Assembly: GCA_027604505.1 (NCBI GenBank)
Contig: JADIIX010000046.1
Coordinates: forward strand, 62,001 to 126,000
Direction of reading: 5' to 3'
DNA: 64,000 nt
Source of the DNA: Gonapodya sp. JEL0774
Taxonomy: Eukaryota
The notes below the pieces were generated by a model that made no database searches, had not been told where the DNA came from, and worked only from the letters and a program-made list of their open reading frames with translations. Positions 36,276-50,086 of the stretch are shown one piece after another (position 1 is the first letter of the stretch; each line of letters begins with the position of its first letter). The position numbers and the translations under genes are program-made.

Positions 36276-38024
36276 TCAATCATCCCTTCCGTCATCCCTG
36301 GACCTCCTCTCCTTCTCGCTCTCCAAAGTCTCATAAATGAGCTGGAGAGCTTTCTGGTTGCACTCGGCAGTACCCTGGATGGTGAACGTGCGCTGCCCGG
36401 ATGTGGGATCGGACTCTTTGGCGATCGAGATGCGGGAGCCGGATTCGGCACGGATTTCGTTGATGATGGAACCGCCTTTAGCGTTTGATAAAAGAAAAAA
36501 ATTCACGGTGAGAAGGGGAGGTTTCAATAAATACGTCAACAGACCACAAAGCTTACCACGACCAATAATGCATCCGACAAGATCCCCCGGCACTGACAAC
36601 GTAGCGGTTTGAGTCTCTCCTCCCGATGACCTGGCAGACCTTCCACCGTCTCTGTCCGCACCGGACCTACCACCCGTCTCACGCCTGGCAGCGCCATTGG
36701 CGCCTTTGGAAGAGGATGGGCCAGCCTCAGATCTGCGGCGAGACTCGTACGTCGATGCCGACGAGGAGGCACCGGCACCCGAAGAAGAATTGGTAGAAGC
36801 GGAGGGGCCTGAACGGTTGGATTGGCTCCCGCCGGCGCTGGAACCAATGGATCCCCCAACTTCAGGTTTGTAGTAGATGGTACCAGCGGAGCGAGCGGTG
36901 TCCTGGATGAGAGACTCGCCGATGCCTGAAACTGCAATTTGAATAGAATCGGAGAAACCGTGAACCTCGATGATTCTATAGAATGAGGAAACGGTGAGGT
37001 AAATACGAAGCCGTTGCAACGCAAAACTTCATGACTAGTTGCTATCCCTTCTAAGCGGGGCCCACAAGCTTTGAAGCAGCCGTCGAACTGCTCGAATGGC
37101 ATCCCGCCTGTTCGATTTGGTTCTAACTTACCTCTCCGTGCTCTGAGGCAACATCTCCTTGGTGGCGACGATCCTGGCACCACTGCTCTCCTGAATCTCC
37201 CTGATCCTCGCGCCACCCTTTCCAATAATGGATCCGACCTGTTGATGGGGTACCAGGAGGCGGACGGTGACGATCGGTTTGTCGGAAGTGGCGGCACTGC
37301 TCTGGGGGTTGCGGGACTGAGCCTCCACGAGGTGCCGAGAGAAGTGGTTGAAGGCCTAGTTCGGTTTCACAATTGGCGATTGCGAAGTCCCAGACCGAAG
37401 AGGATGGCAACAAATAAGATGGAAGAGAAATGAAACAGAGGTGGTCAGCTCATAGCTATGACACGGACTCTTGAGCCCTGTCCATTCAAAGCACTGTGTA
37501 CGGCTCCACGTTATGCATGGAATAGACGGAGACCAAAATAGGGGTGGATTGGGCTCAATCCATTGGAAATCAATTCAACACACCTTGGCAACAGATGACA
37601 GTCCACCAGAGACGGTGAGGATCCTCTCCTGGACGCCTTCGACCACCTTGGAAACGCCAGCCTTAACGCCAGTAACCTCACGAATCTCAGCAACATTCTT
37701 GCCGGCTTTACCAATGAGGGCGCCGGCCTCTTTGCCATTTACAAGAGCACGAAGTGTGAGTTGCCCTTCGTCCTCGTCTGCATGTTCCGCGTCATCACCG
37801 GCAGCGTGGGCATCATTCTGAGAGCGAGTAGGCTCTTCGGCAGGGGCTGCCGGAGCCGGTGTCGGCGGTGCTGCGGAAGCCGGGGAGGGGCGAGTGGGTG
37901 CCTGGGTGGTTGGAGCTGAAGCAGCAGCAGGTTGAGCCGCAGGAGGGGGTGTGACGGGAGGTGAGAACTCTGGGTCTAGGGACAGGCCAGTGAGGCGCGT
38001 GAGGGCGTCGTTTGCGTAGTTCAT
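36276..38024 (-). CDS. rnc1: Triple KH-domain RNA-binding protein (Rnc1/Pbp2/PCBP-hnRNP K family)
   Basis: Three KH domains with GxxG loops: AGALIGKAGKNV, VGSIIGKGGARI and VGCIIGR|GGSII. Also EMLPQSTER. Confidence 0.92.
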
Positions 38025-38257
38025 TTGAACGGGGTGACGTCGGTGGGTCGGTGGGTCGGTGGAGGGAAAAGGGGGAAGGCGGGGCGGAGGGCGAGAGGAA
38101 GCGGGGAGCGGAAAAGGAAACGGGATCGACGAATGCGGAGGCGCAAATGCGGGCTGCTCGGATATCGAGATTCAAGCTTGCGGTTCAGATAAAACGTGAC
38201 AGAAGACCGTGCGTTTGACGCTGGCCTTTGCCACTGATATTAGTGCACTTTAGAACG

Positions 38258-41200
38258 TTAGTACAACAATGGCGTCAAGTCTTCTACGTTCCAAAATCCC
38301 AGCGTCATTGCCTTCACTCCCGTTGTTTGAAGTGCCTTGTGCAAAAACCACATGTCCTCCGCCCACTCGGTTCCTTCTCGCACTCCCGACTCCGCTAGCT
38401 CACGCACAAAATTGGTCAAGAATAGCACACGATCTTGTATCTGTATATGAGGAGCAGAGTTATGTAACTAAAAATTTGCACCCCGAGGTGGGCACTGGTG
38501 GGGAGATTGATCACTCACTTTTCCTCCGAGCGCTGTGCTGCTCAGTGCCTCGACCATTGCATACAGATTCTGTGCCAGTCTCCACCTTGCATCGAGCACC
38601 CATGGAGTCGCTTCCACTAATTGCACTGCGTCCGTCAGTGTATCCGGCTTCCATGTTGCGGATCGAATGCCCCACCACATGTCCACCAGTGACCCAATAG
38701 TCCTCACGAAAGTCTCAACAAAATCCCTTGGGTCGCATTCTCCGTCTTTTACTTTCCCAGCAGATACAACATGCACGTCTAAAGCCCGTACTAGCCAGTC
38801 GGATCGCTCTTGCCCTGCTCCATCTTTGCCCGCCGTGACGGCCTCAAGGCGTCCCACAACCGCCTGTGTTGCGCCTTCTAGCAACGCTGTACGTACAACG
38901 TGATCCAAAGCGGCACTTACGCAGTACCCAGGAACATAACCCGCCTGGGCAACAACGTCCCGCAAGACTTTTCCACTGACCACACGAAGCCCACCCACAT
39001 CTCGAAAAGCATCCCTCAGACTCGCTCGCACGGCTGGTCTCACAACCGTATTGGCAAGGACAATGTGCGCACCCCTCAACACCACTATCGCCATCTTTGG
39101 GTCAGCAATCGCACCTTTTCCAGTCGCGCTCACGAGCAAACTTGCAAATATTGAAGAATCTGCCGCGATGCAGTCGGCGTACTTGCGAAGCACCGCAATG
39201 CTCCGCCGAGAAGCGGGCTGAAGGAGAGGTTCGTAGAATGGCGCGAGGGACGTTGCGAGAAGCCGACGCAGAGCGTCTGCTGAGGATGCTGCATCGTCGC
39301 CTCCGCCAATGAGCGCGGACTCAAGTGACGCGGAATCGCCACCCGCCTTGGAGGTTACTCGTACGGAATATGTGAGCCTATCGGCAAGGACCGAGAACAC
39401 GTGGTGCTGGAAGTCCAACAGAGGCTGTGGGGGCAAATTATATTAAATAACATTTGATCGTAGAACAAAGCATGAAAATGGAGAGACTCAATTAATCCGA
39501 ATGAACCTCATGCAACTCACCCCAACCTCCCCTTCACCGACTAATCCGTGTGCTTCCCGCACGGCCCAGCCAACAATTGCTTCCACCACCTCCACAACTT
39601 TGCTCGCAGCAACTGCCAACTTGTGTCTCCCGTCCCCCGATCTCACCAGGCCCCCCATCTCCATGATCGACCCCACTCCAAGCTCTCCAGCAAGCGCCCA
39701 CCTCATCCGCCAGGCAGCCTCGGTGGAAACTCCCGCGGGTGTAGCTGGTCCAAAGAATTGGCGAAATGTAGACAACAGGTGGTCCAGCAGGGAACGTGCA
39801 CCAGTAACGCGGGCGTGGTGAGCAGCGAACTCGAGAATACAGAGTTCGACGGCCAGATCAGGATCGCACCTCGCTTGCCGGAAGCGATTTATGATTGCTG
39901 GAAGAAGTGGCCGCCAATCTACCGACGGCAGTGGTGTATTAACGGACATAAGAGAAGAGAAAAGGTAGAGCGTCGTGGACACAGAGGGTGATATTGCTTC
40001 AGAAAATACGGAGCTGAGACTAGAGATACTTCAGGCGCGTGGGAGATAATAAGTTACTTACCTTTCCCCACAGCATCCAGAGCATCCCAAGCAGCCCGCA
40101 GCCATGAAGTACTTGCATTTAGCCTCGCAAAATCTCTTGGTTCCCTCGCTCCCCCTATCGCGGCAAATCTGCCGGAAGAATCTTCGACACTCCCAGTGCT
40201 GTCAATACGAAGCACCGACCACACAAGCCATCCAAGACACGCAATCGCCATCCTCGCAACCCGGACATCTGGAGAACCCGCGAGTCGACGGAAGAGCGGG
40301 AACGCAGTAGCTGCAGTTGCTGGGTTCGGAGATCGGGAGGAAACGAGCGATAGAAAGTCCACCCCTGTGATAACAAGAATGGCAAGGACTGTCTGCGATC
40401 GAATACTGGCTGAGTTAGAAGTTAAGTTGGATGCGGCCAGCAGGTAGGACAGTTGTTCATGGAAAACAGCTCTATCGGGGACGAATGTCAAAGCATGCGA
40501 GTAGGCGATTAGAAAGTGCCCATGTGGGTCAGCCAAGCGGTGGCGCTTTGTGGTTCGAGATGGTAAGGGGCAGTCATGTGACACAACGTGAGTCCACTGC
40601 GTCTATCGCACCTTCTCTTTGCGTTTCTCTGCAAAAGCCTTCAGAAGCTCTGTGACTTCGTCTTTGCCCTGCCACCCCACTTCGGCTGCCTTCACAGCTA
40701 TCCACGCAATTCCTGAACCGTCCTTTGGGTCAACTCCACCAACCAAGCTCGAGCGGAGCTCCTCAGTGGCGTTCTGAGCAACTTCAGAGAAACGCGAGAT
40801 GAGTGTCGTGTGACCTGAAGCTGCCAGCGACGGCAAGCACATTGCAAGTGCCACTTGAGAGATGGGAGAACTCGCTGTGGACTTAAAGGCATCGTGCACC
40901 CGGAGAAGCGATTCTGCTGCTGCCTCAAAGTACATGGATGATGGTGGTAAGGACTCAACGAGTTTTGCGAGTCCCTGGACCCCATATGAAACAGAGTCTG
41001 TGCCTGCTACTTCCTGAAGGGCCTGTTCGATGAACGAGATTGCAGCTGCTATCCGCCGTTCATCTGTAACCTCAATTTGTGTCGCGATATGCCCAATTGC
41101 AACAATTGCAGCATCTCGGAGCTCTAAGGACCACTCCCTTTGGACTCCGAACACCCGTTCCTTCAAACTAACACCCGTCAATTGATCGAAGAGCGACCTA

Positions 41201-44200
41201 ACAACACCAGTGCTCTCGGCCCATGCAGATTGAGCTGAGTGACCAATGGCAAGTGAGTTGAGAGCCTCGCACAGTCCGCTTACTGCGAAAATAAGGTTCG
41301 TCCCAACCGCGACACTGTTGTTTGCGTCATCAGATTGGAGCAATCTTCCAATAAGAACATCCGCAAAGAAAGTTGCAGAAGCTACTTGTGGATTCGGAAT
41401 GCGGTGGTCCGATAGCCGCTTTGCGGTTCGTGGGAGATAAGCTAGAAAGTATTGTGCCCAAGGACAGATTGCAGCAAATCTGAGAAGTAGATGGTCACCA
41501 ATGACGATGGCTCTAATTAAATCGTTCAGCTTCTGAAGCTCTGGGGTCTGGGTCAGGACAGAGTCAGGCGTATCGTCTCGTACCGCGTGTTGCTCTTCTT
41601 GGTAGGATAGGAGGGCCTTCCCCATTGCCGAATATGTGAGTATCGAGGCAGCTGCCCAGCTTGATCTCACGCCAGATATATTCTTTGAAGGCTCCTCCAA
41701 AATCCATTTCCCCATTTCCTTAGCTTGGTCCCTCAAAGTCACATCATCTACTTCCGCTTCATCCCGAACCAACCGTTTCGAATCAACAGTTGCAACACCT
41801 CGATGAAGTGTCCCACGCATGTTCCGCAATTCCGATTCCATGAGTCTTGTGAGCAGATTGGATGCAGATGTGGTCGTAGGCTCCGCTGAAATCTTCATTA
41901 ACATCCCCAACGTCACAGGTGCGGACTCACTCGAAGACTGAAGCAAGTCTTCCACCTCTCGGATTGGGAATTTCGATAATGCCACGAGTGCCCTAGATCT
42001 TACTCGCGGTATGATGGGAAACCACGTCGAGGAACAATAGCTTCCTACTTTCGCGAGGGGTGACACATATCGCTGCAAGATTGTTTGTCGGAATAGTGAG
42101 GCGGGCGAATTGGGATCAGCGTCTGGTAACAGTGGGTTAGTTATGACATGTTCAGCTCTATCAATTATGGGCAACATCATTGAAGAACGTACTATCGCCA
42201 CCCTCAACTCCCACCAATTCCAGAAGCGAGCACAGACTTTCCAGGACATCCGCAAACTCAACAGGCTGTTTTGTGACAATAACTCCATCTTCAGGCTCTC
42301 TGTTCCACCACGAATCCATCCATTTCGCAAGTACAACATTCCACGTCGCCCGTAATGTGGTGATGCCAACTTCCACCAAGTTTTTAACAGATTGGAGAAG
42401 CTGAGCAAGAGACGAGAGACTACGAATGGCGAGGGGAAGTAATCTGGCGCCTTGCATTGCCGTGAGCAGAAGTGGTAAAAGCTCCTCCCCATTCCGTCTG
42501 GTCAATTCGGGTGTCCGCAAAGAATCACGAAGAACTCCAACAATGCATTGTTCCAGCGCTCCCTGCTTGTCTGAATCTGTTTTCTCTCGGGAATTCATCT
42601 GATCGCGGAGCCATTCTTCTACTTCACCTCGAACAATGTCCCAAACTCCTTTCATGTTTCGTCTTTTCTCCACAATAGTCACCAACATTCGAAGTCCGAC
42701 ATAGTACAGAGTTGATTGGTTGACCGTGACTCGGTACCAGTCTTTTGCTTCAAAGTCACTCTTAGCTGAATGCACAAGACTCTTCGCAACAGCCACAATG
42801 CGCTGCGAAACCATATTGAACGGATCAGATAGTGGTATCAAGTTTGGCAGAGATGCCAAAATGAGCTCAAGCATGTTCGCATTCGGTGCAGGAACCGCGA
42901 GCATGTAAGTGAGAAAGGGTAAATGTGCGGCATCGAGCCAAGATAAAGCGAGTTGGTTAAGCTCGGAACCAAGCCCGGAACCAAGCTCGGCCGTCATAGA
43001 TGCAATGAAAACTAATGCTGGCGCTGTGATTCTCGGCAAGGCCATGCGGTTGTGTAAATCTTGAGCAACCGTAATGTCAGTAAACGAGCTCCCGAGAATG
43101 GACAGTAGCAAGTTAAGTTCCGATGTCAAAGGGGCAAACTCAATTAAATCCATTCCATCTATGAAGGAAAAATCGAACTCCAGTGGTGGAACACCGGCCA
43201 GACTGTTAAACGTGGCTCTGCCGCACAAGTTCACGTCTACGAGAATTTCCTTCGCAATTCTTCCAGCCTCCACGTTTATAGAAGTCCGATCTCCGAAATG
43301 AACACAATTTCTTTCCCAGGAGCTCATGCCCACTACTTCACTTGAAAATTTCAGCACTGGGTGTAGGGTCAGAGCAGCAAGCACACATTGCATTGGTGGT
43401 GCGTCTCTGAAGTATTTAAGAATATAAGACAGAATTTCCAAGCAGCACATCATTACCACATGATAGTGCTCAGAAGCGGGAAAAGTGCATTGCAGAATTC
43501 CATTGCATGTCAAATGAGCAACATAAAGCAATGACCGAAAGGTGCTACACTCTGCGGAATTGACTTGAACAACTTCCATTAATCGCTTGACCAAGTTACG
43601 AATGTTGGGAAGCAACGCCGACGAGACGATGTCCAACCTCATCGGATGATCCGCGGCAACAGGTAGTTTACTTAAAATCCTTGTACATTGGCAGAGGAGG
43701 GATAAATGATGCCCAAGAAGAGTGATTGCAGGAGAGGGGTAGTCGATTCTAACAGCTGAGAGTGTCAGGACTTGCAGTACGGCTTTGTGTTGGAATGAAT
43801 CATAACAACTGGGAACCAATGATTTGGGGACGGTGAGCAATGCAGCCGCCCGTCTTCGGGAGCAATTCATGAGAAATTGGCGACATTGCAACACAACCGG
43901 ATGCTCCTCTTTTTCACTCGCAATGTCCAGCAGATTCCTCATCATCGCACGAGCCGCATTTTGGGACCCCGGAGAAAACTCTGAAGGACTGTGGAAAAAA
44001 GCGTGATAGAAAAACGGTGCAAGTATCTTCTGGACGCGAAGACGCTCGTCTGGTTGGCTATTGTCAGAGGTGATCTCACGTACACAGCGTGCAACCGGTT
44101 GCCACGCCGGCGGGCATCGTGACACCACGGAAATTAAGGGGTGAATTTGTCGGTTCGCGGAAGATCTCGAAGAAACTCCGAATGGTGCCTCGACAGCATC

Positions 44201-44668
44201 TGCAATATGGGTTCTGGTGTAAAGGACCAGGAGCAAGCAAACACCTCGCACTACGTTGGAAACAAGAGTTGAATGCACATCGGCATTTGTAGTGTCTTGC
44301 GTGCGCCCAAGAGCACCAGCTACTTCCAAGAACGTGTCCAAAGCGTAGGTCCATGTCACCACTCCTCGTTCCACGAGATCAACAAGAATACTGGGGACAT
44401 CCACGGGTTCTCCGATTTTGAAAGGATGAATGAAGGAAGCAGATCTACGAATTAGATCTAGCAGCTGTTTTTTCCGTTCTTGCGCAGCCTCTTTACTCCT
44501 TGCTGGGCCAACTCCTCCAAGGAGCTCTTCGCGAATCCTTCGAAACGTATGCAGTTCCACTGACCGCAAGCTTTCTGTTGTGGCGACGTCTTCCTCCTGC
44601 AATTTTGAGATGCCCAAGAGCCCCAACCGTTTCTCAAACTCCGAGATGTCCACAAGGTGATTCGCCAT
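38258..44668 (-). CDS. FOCAD: Focadhesin/RST1-like large ARM-repeat protein (DUF3730 family)
   Basis: About 1900 aa of helical-repeat-like exons (42161-44668, 40603-42492, 40054-40584, 39488-39982, 38468-39436, last exon ending at 38258). Segments LRATWNVV, RALVALSKF and LMESELRNMRGTLHRG resemble conserved focadhesin/RST1 blocks as I recall them; not checked by search. Confidence 0.65.
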
Positions 44669-44795
44669 ATATGTTGACTTTCAAACACGGGCAAACTTTC
44701 CCCAGCTTTTCCAGTGCCCCATGAACTCACTCACTCTGATCTTGCTTTTAGTATTACAAATGTATCTATATAAATGCGTGGTTATGTAAGTGTAT

Positions 44796-47700
44796 TCATT
44801 TGGGAACATCGAATGCCCATTTGTTCACGTAGCCCCGCCCTCGCTCTGCTTCGGAATCGGCCCTGGTGACCCTGTGAAACTCTCCCTCCTCAGGCGCCAT
44901 CATTCCCGTAACAATATCCTGCAAATATAATAGGTGATGGAATCGAATTTCGGATCAACAGGATTCATGCTCACCTCCATTCTCTGCTCCATTACTTGCG
45001 AGATTTCCTTACGCATCTTGTTTATCGAGGCGCGTAATTTTGACTCACGGAAACCCTTTTCATTCAGCCACTCCAGAAGTTGATTGATTTGCTCTGGCCG
45101 TGAGTAGTAACCCCATGCCTGGGCGGGTAGACAATGAGGATCATCTTTGCCACGAGGTTGAGGGATGTTGTCTTTCGGTTGCTTCGGTAAGATAAATGGA
45201 TTTGAATTCCGATGGCTCTTCTCCTCACCTTCAGAGCCCACCACTTCAACGACCAGCCTCCCCAGACCCCACGAACCAGTTCCCGGTTTCTCATCCAAGT
45301 CACCATTCGCTGAGCCCTGGCTTCTCTTTCCTGGTCTTGAAAGTGGATTCTCGTGAAGAAAATAGGCGGCACCGCCCCCAAAACCGGAGTCAAACCACCA
45401 ATAGCGGTTAAAGAAGCGATCCCGCCCAAGTGGCCGAGCTCGAAGGACCTGGAACCAGCCCAACATCTGTCTCTCTACCATCTTTTCTCGGCGATTGTTG
45501 TGTCGCTCTCTGTCTTCGAGGCCCTTCTTCTCATCAACCCTCCTTTTCACCTCCTTTATCTGTTTGGCTTGATCCCGCAGTTCCGCCTTCGCGGTTTTCT
45601 CTGCAGCTCGACGAACTCGAGAATCGTCGGCTTTCTTTTGCTGATTAGCGATCACATTGAGCTGGCGGGACGTTTGGCGGAACACGTCTGCCTCACTTCC
45701 GCTTCCCATGTCATAATCAGAACCGGCTTTCCCAACACTCGAAAGACTCGCACGGTCGCCACCATTCGAAGTGCCAGACACTCCAGCCTTTCGACTGGGC
45801 TCGTCGAGTTCGTCACCAGAGTACAAGGCAGAGTCGGAATCGCTCGAGGAAATTTCGTCATATGGAGAGAGTGATGAATCCGAGCCATCGAAAGAGGCCT
45901 CAAAAGACGAATTCTTTTTCGGGGACTTGTTCTTCGGTTCCGAGGTAACTCCTCTGCCTCCCCTGCTTCGAGTTCCCTTCCGACCCTTGGACTGGGGCTT
46001 GCCGGCACCAGATTCCTGTGAACCATTTTGTTCTTCGTACTCGCGCGTTTTATAATCCAGCCAGCCTTGAGCCCTGATTGTGTGCGGTGTAAGGTGTTAA
46101 GGTGCTGAATGACAGGGAGGAGTGAGACAAAGTCGAGCGGGCGCTCACAGGTCTTTCTTTTCCTTATTGATCTCAATTTTCTCTTTCCGAAGCTCGGTTA
46201 TCTGATCCTCCGCGAGAGTGACATAGTCCCTGTGTATACTGTGTTCTAGCCGATGCGCAATACAAAGGAGCTTCAAAACACCCACTTGACGGCCTTCGAT
46301 TCCATCGCCACCTCTTCCACCAAAAACCGCACCAACTCGAATCTCTCTGCTGGCAAAAGCTTTCTCCACCCAAGATTCACACGCTCAACAAATGTCAGTT
46401 CTCGCTTCGCCTCTCGTGGTGGCAATGCAGCTGCTGGGTTTGGAGGTGGTGTTACTACCGGATTTGGCGGGGAAGTCCCTTCAGAGATGGGTGGCAGGGC
46501 AGTTGTAGAGATTTGCGCAGATACCACCCCGGGGGTTATAGACTCTTCACCGGGAGTCTGCGCAAAATTTCCAGGCTGCATTTCAAGCTTCAAAGACAGT
46601 TCGTCCTTAACGTTTACTTCAGCTTGTGAAGAGGGGTCTCCCTTATCAAATTTCTGCCGTTTGCTACTTCGGCGATTCCCTTTGTCTCCCTGCGACGGGT
46701 CCTCGAAAGCCCACGCAAGTTCGTCCACGTACTCATCGTCGCCGCGCTCTACATCGCCGTCGGAATCAGCATTCAGCGAGGCATATACTGCTGCAACGTT
46801 ACGCTTCCGTAGTCGACCAGATATGCTTGGTAATGTGACAGGCGGGGTCGCTTGCAACACCGTGGCGTGCGCAGCAGCCTCCTTTGCCGCTTCTTTAGCT
46901 GCCTGTGTCATGGCTCTCTCATTCAACTGAGCTTCGTGGTCCTCTTGTCGCGCCAGTCGAACTCGATCTGCAACTGGCATGTGAACTCTTGGGACATAGA
47001 AGTCTATGGCACCATCCATCGGCCCTTCTGTACCATTTGCTGAGCCATTAGGTTTTCGGGATGGGCTCGAAAGTCCCGGTTCTTCTCCCACTCCCTCCAC
47101 ACCAACCAACTTTCCTGCGATCGTCCAAAAGTCGGCGCATTTGGACTCTTCTTGTCCATCCTTCACGACAACACTTAACATGTCCAGTACACAACCAACC
47201 ACGGCAGTCGTCCATGAAGACAGTCGGTGCGCACAGTTGGGCATTGCTCGCGCGGTGCGTATCGAAGTCCAGGGGAAAACGTTCCAATACTGAAGGTCAC
47301 TTAGATGTTGTTCTAAAACCGGTGTGACAATTTCCTTGGCACTTGGTGAGGATGTCTTGGGTTGATCGAGGTGGGTTACCCCATTCGTGGATGCGGGCAT
47401 CGAAATTGGCGCTGGCTCCTTGAGAGTTGTCACATCGATCTTCACATCCACCGAGCTGTCCGTATCGGGTTTGGACTCTCCATGCAAATCATCGTCAGCG
47501 CCTTCTCCCTTAACCTCAACGTTGACTGCTCCCACACCTGACGAGGCGGTGATCTTCTTTTTAGCCGCATCAACCAAGAACTTGTTCAGTTCCATGCGAG
47601 CGAGGTTCACCAAGGCGTTGAAAACTTCCGCAAGCAACTCGTTGCCTGGGTGAGGATTGCAGAGTGCTGCGATGAAGTCGTCCAAAGTGAATGGATAGAG

Positions 47701-49242
47701 CTTCAAGGGGACCCTATAGAGAGCACGTTGCCCTGTGTTAGTACGCGGCTCAGCTGCGAATCCAACTCCCAGTAAGCTCACCCGAAGACGGCGAGGAAAT
47801 TCCAGACGAAAACGAGACTTCCAGCATCGACACCTGCGGTACTTGTCGGATCTTGCCCGTGCTGCCTAACTGCGTTTCTCACCGCTATACCCCAGTCTCC
47901 TTCCAGTTCTGGGCGATCTGCCCGTGTATGCAAGTCCGGCCACCGGAACACGTCCAAATCCTCAGCGGGGAACAAAATTGGTTTGACATCCTCAAGTGCA
48001 TCCATCAAATGTTCATCACGCAACAGGTGATCTCGGCGCTGGAAAGACTTTTGAGCACGCCGTTGTTGGTTGGCCTGATCTCGTTGCATCTTTTTGGACA
48101 ACAAAATGTTCGAGGAGTCCTTAAACAAGGGGCGACTCGTTTTAGTTACGTCTGCTTGATGTCGCACGATAAGTCAGTGAGACTCACAAGGCGCCTGCGA
48201 TATAGCTCAACAACGTCCTCGGGCATCTCCTTTTCGATCTTGTACCTGCGCATGAGTTCAGGTCTCACCAGCAGTGGTGCTCCGGTCCACAGTTCCCGCA
48301 CCGTGCTTTCCCTTAAAAATCGTTTGAAGTTGTTCTTGCTGAACGCGACTCGATCCCGCCTGCATCTGTCCCAGTGCACAAGTTGAAGCTGGTCTCGAAC
48401 TTTCGCCGCTCCGGGCTCGGTGTTGCTCGCGAGAACTTTGAGTTTGACCAATTGAGGAGAAGACGGATCCTCTCTAGGGACGATCTCGCAGACTTCGCAT
48501 TCAAATGTCAGTGGGACGGAGTGGCCGGCGACATTGAAGTCAGTGTGGATGCGCTCGTTCAGGTAAGGGATATCCTTCAGTACGTTGTAGGCATACTCAA
48601 CAACGTGATCCGCCCGAGAAGTTCCTGAAGAACGAATCGAAAATGCGGGCAAAAGGTGACGACATCGATCGCTCTAAAATAGATATGCTAGGAGTCGCAC
48701 CGTAGTGAGCAAGCGTGAGAATCCGCTTCTTCCATTCCTCGTGCATGCTATCATCCTCCTTGCTTCGGGCGAGGCGCTCCGATTTGAGTGCCTCCTCGTA
48801 TGTTAGAGCTGTCCGTCCTGTGCACTCGCAGGCCCAGAACCGTCGACGGTAGAGGTTCCATCGATTGAAGTACTCACTACCGCACAGAACAACAGCAGAT
48901 AAGAGATGAATTTTTCCGACAGTTTAATTGATGTTCGACATCAGCAGGCTTTGAATGCTCCCGCAACAGAGCAGAAACTCACTCATACGAAGTAAATATC
49001 TCCCCTGTGAATCTGATTTGATATACTTCAGTGTTGGGAGGAAGTTGTGAAAGGTCCGGAATTGGCAGCAGCTGCCATGGTCTTCGGCGAAGGAGTCTTT
49101 GTGATTCAAGAATGAGGTGCAGTTCCGCAGAGGGTCGGCGTGATTTGCGTGAAGAATGTTTCATGATGTGAGGAGATTCCTTAGCTTAGGATGGAAGAAG
49201 ACACTAGGCATTATCGGTCTTTGGATTGGTGACTTACGGCAT
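44796..49242 (-). CDS. ITC1: ISWI chromatin-remodelling accessory subunit Itc1/ACF1 (WAC, DDT, WHIM/WSD domains)
   Basis: WAC: MP|LLRRRPW...VYQIRFTGEIFTSYE|..YRRRFWACECTGRTALTYEEAL. DDT: LVFVWNFLAVFG|VPLKLYPFTLDDF. WSD: RPLGRDRFFNRYWWF and WGYYSRPEQINQLLEWLNEKGFRESKL. No PHD or bromodomain, as in fungal Itc1. Confidence 0.92.
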
Positions 49243-49762
49243 TGGTCTGCCCCGTGAATAACGAACGCGTCACAGCTGCAAGAAGGAAAGGGGGATGTGA
49301 AAGATCGGGAATGGATTCCCGAAGTATCCACGTGAGAATCACACGCAGCGGGAACGTTTTAGTTTGCAGTGGGCAGCAGGAGGAAAAAGCTGGAGCCGCA
49401 TCCATTCGGGGTTGGGGACGCGGCATTTTGGCAGAGGAAAGGAACAACTGGGAGTGATGTCTGAGGAAAGTAGTCAAATAATATCATTCTCCAAATTCGA
49501 CAAATAAAATAGTAGGCCTTGAAAGAGAGATAAATAGCTCCATTTTAATGGGGATGCTGGCAAGTGGGTCTCGTTACAGGTGTGGATGGCAAAATCGTCG
49601 TCTGACCCTCGAATGGGGTGAAGGCGGATCACAATTTTTCAACCGCGCTGCGCAATCCCCACGATGAGACGCGATATCTCTAACGACTGTAGTGATGGTA
49701 TTTCGCGGGAATGAATGATCGCGCCTTCATCTGTGTAACGTTAAGATCGATATTTACTGGCG

Positions 49763-49823
49763 TATTCATTCTTCCCTCCAAACTGAGACGGCCTATTCAT
49801 TCTTCCCTCCAAACTGAGACGGC
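49763..49823. repeat. Perfect tandem duplication, 31-bp period (TATTCATTCTTCCCTCCAAACTGAGACGGC x2)
   Basis: Copies at 49763-49792 and 49794-49823 are directly visible. Confidence 0.95.
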
Positions 49824-50086
49824 TTAAGGTGATATCTAGCTTACTGGAGAGCTAATTAGTACTTTTTCTGTCGCTTTCAAGGGGGGAAAGAAGCAAAGGG
49901 GCAGGTTCTAAAGTATGAGAACAAAGCAATTTTCGATCACTATTGAGGAGTTCGCCATCGTTATAGCGATTTCGAAATCGAGGGTAGCCGTGCAAAAATT
50001 CATAGCCATCTGCACAATAGAAGTGGTACAGTAAACAATCGAAGTGGACAGCCGATGTTTTGCATTTCTCACCAATATCTTTCAGC

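Noticed and set aside
42161..42492. Overlap of two long same-strand ORFs as a possible programmed frameshift
   Set aside because: A short GT-AG intron near 42150-42200 explains the frame change more simply.
49560..49700. Possible snRNA (AATTTTT Sm-like site with weak flanking complementarity)
   Set aside because: I recognised no U1/U2/U4/U5 conserved sequence. An Infernal/Rfam scan would be needed.
49763..49823. 30-bp direct repeat as a possible CRISPR array
   Set aside because: There are only two copies, no spacer and no cas genes, and the context is eukaryotic.
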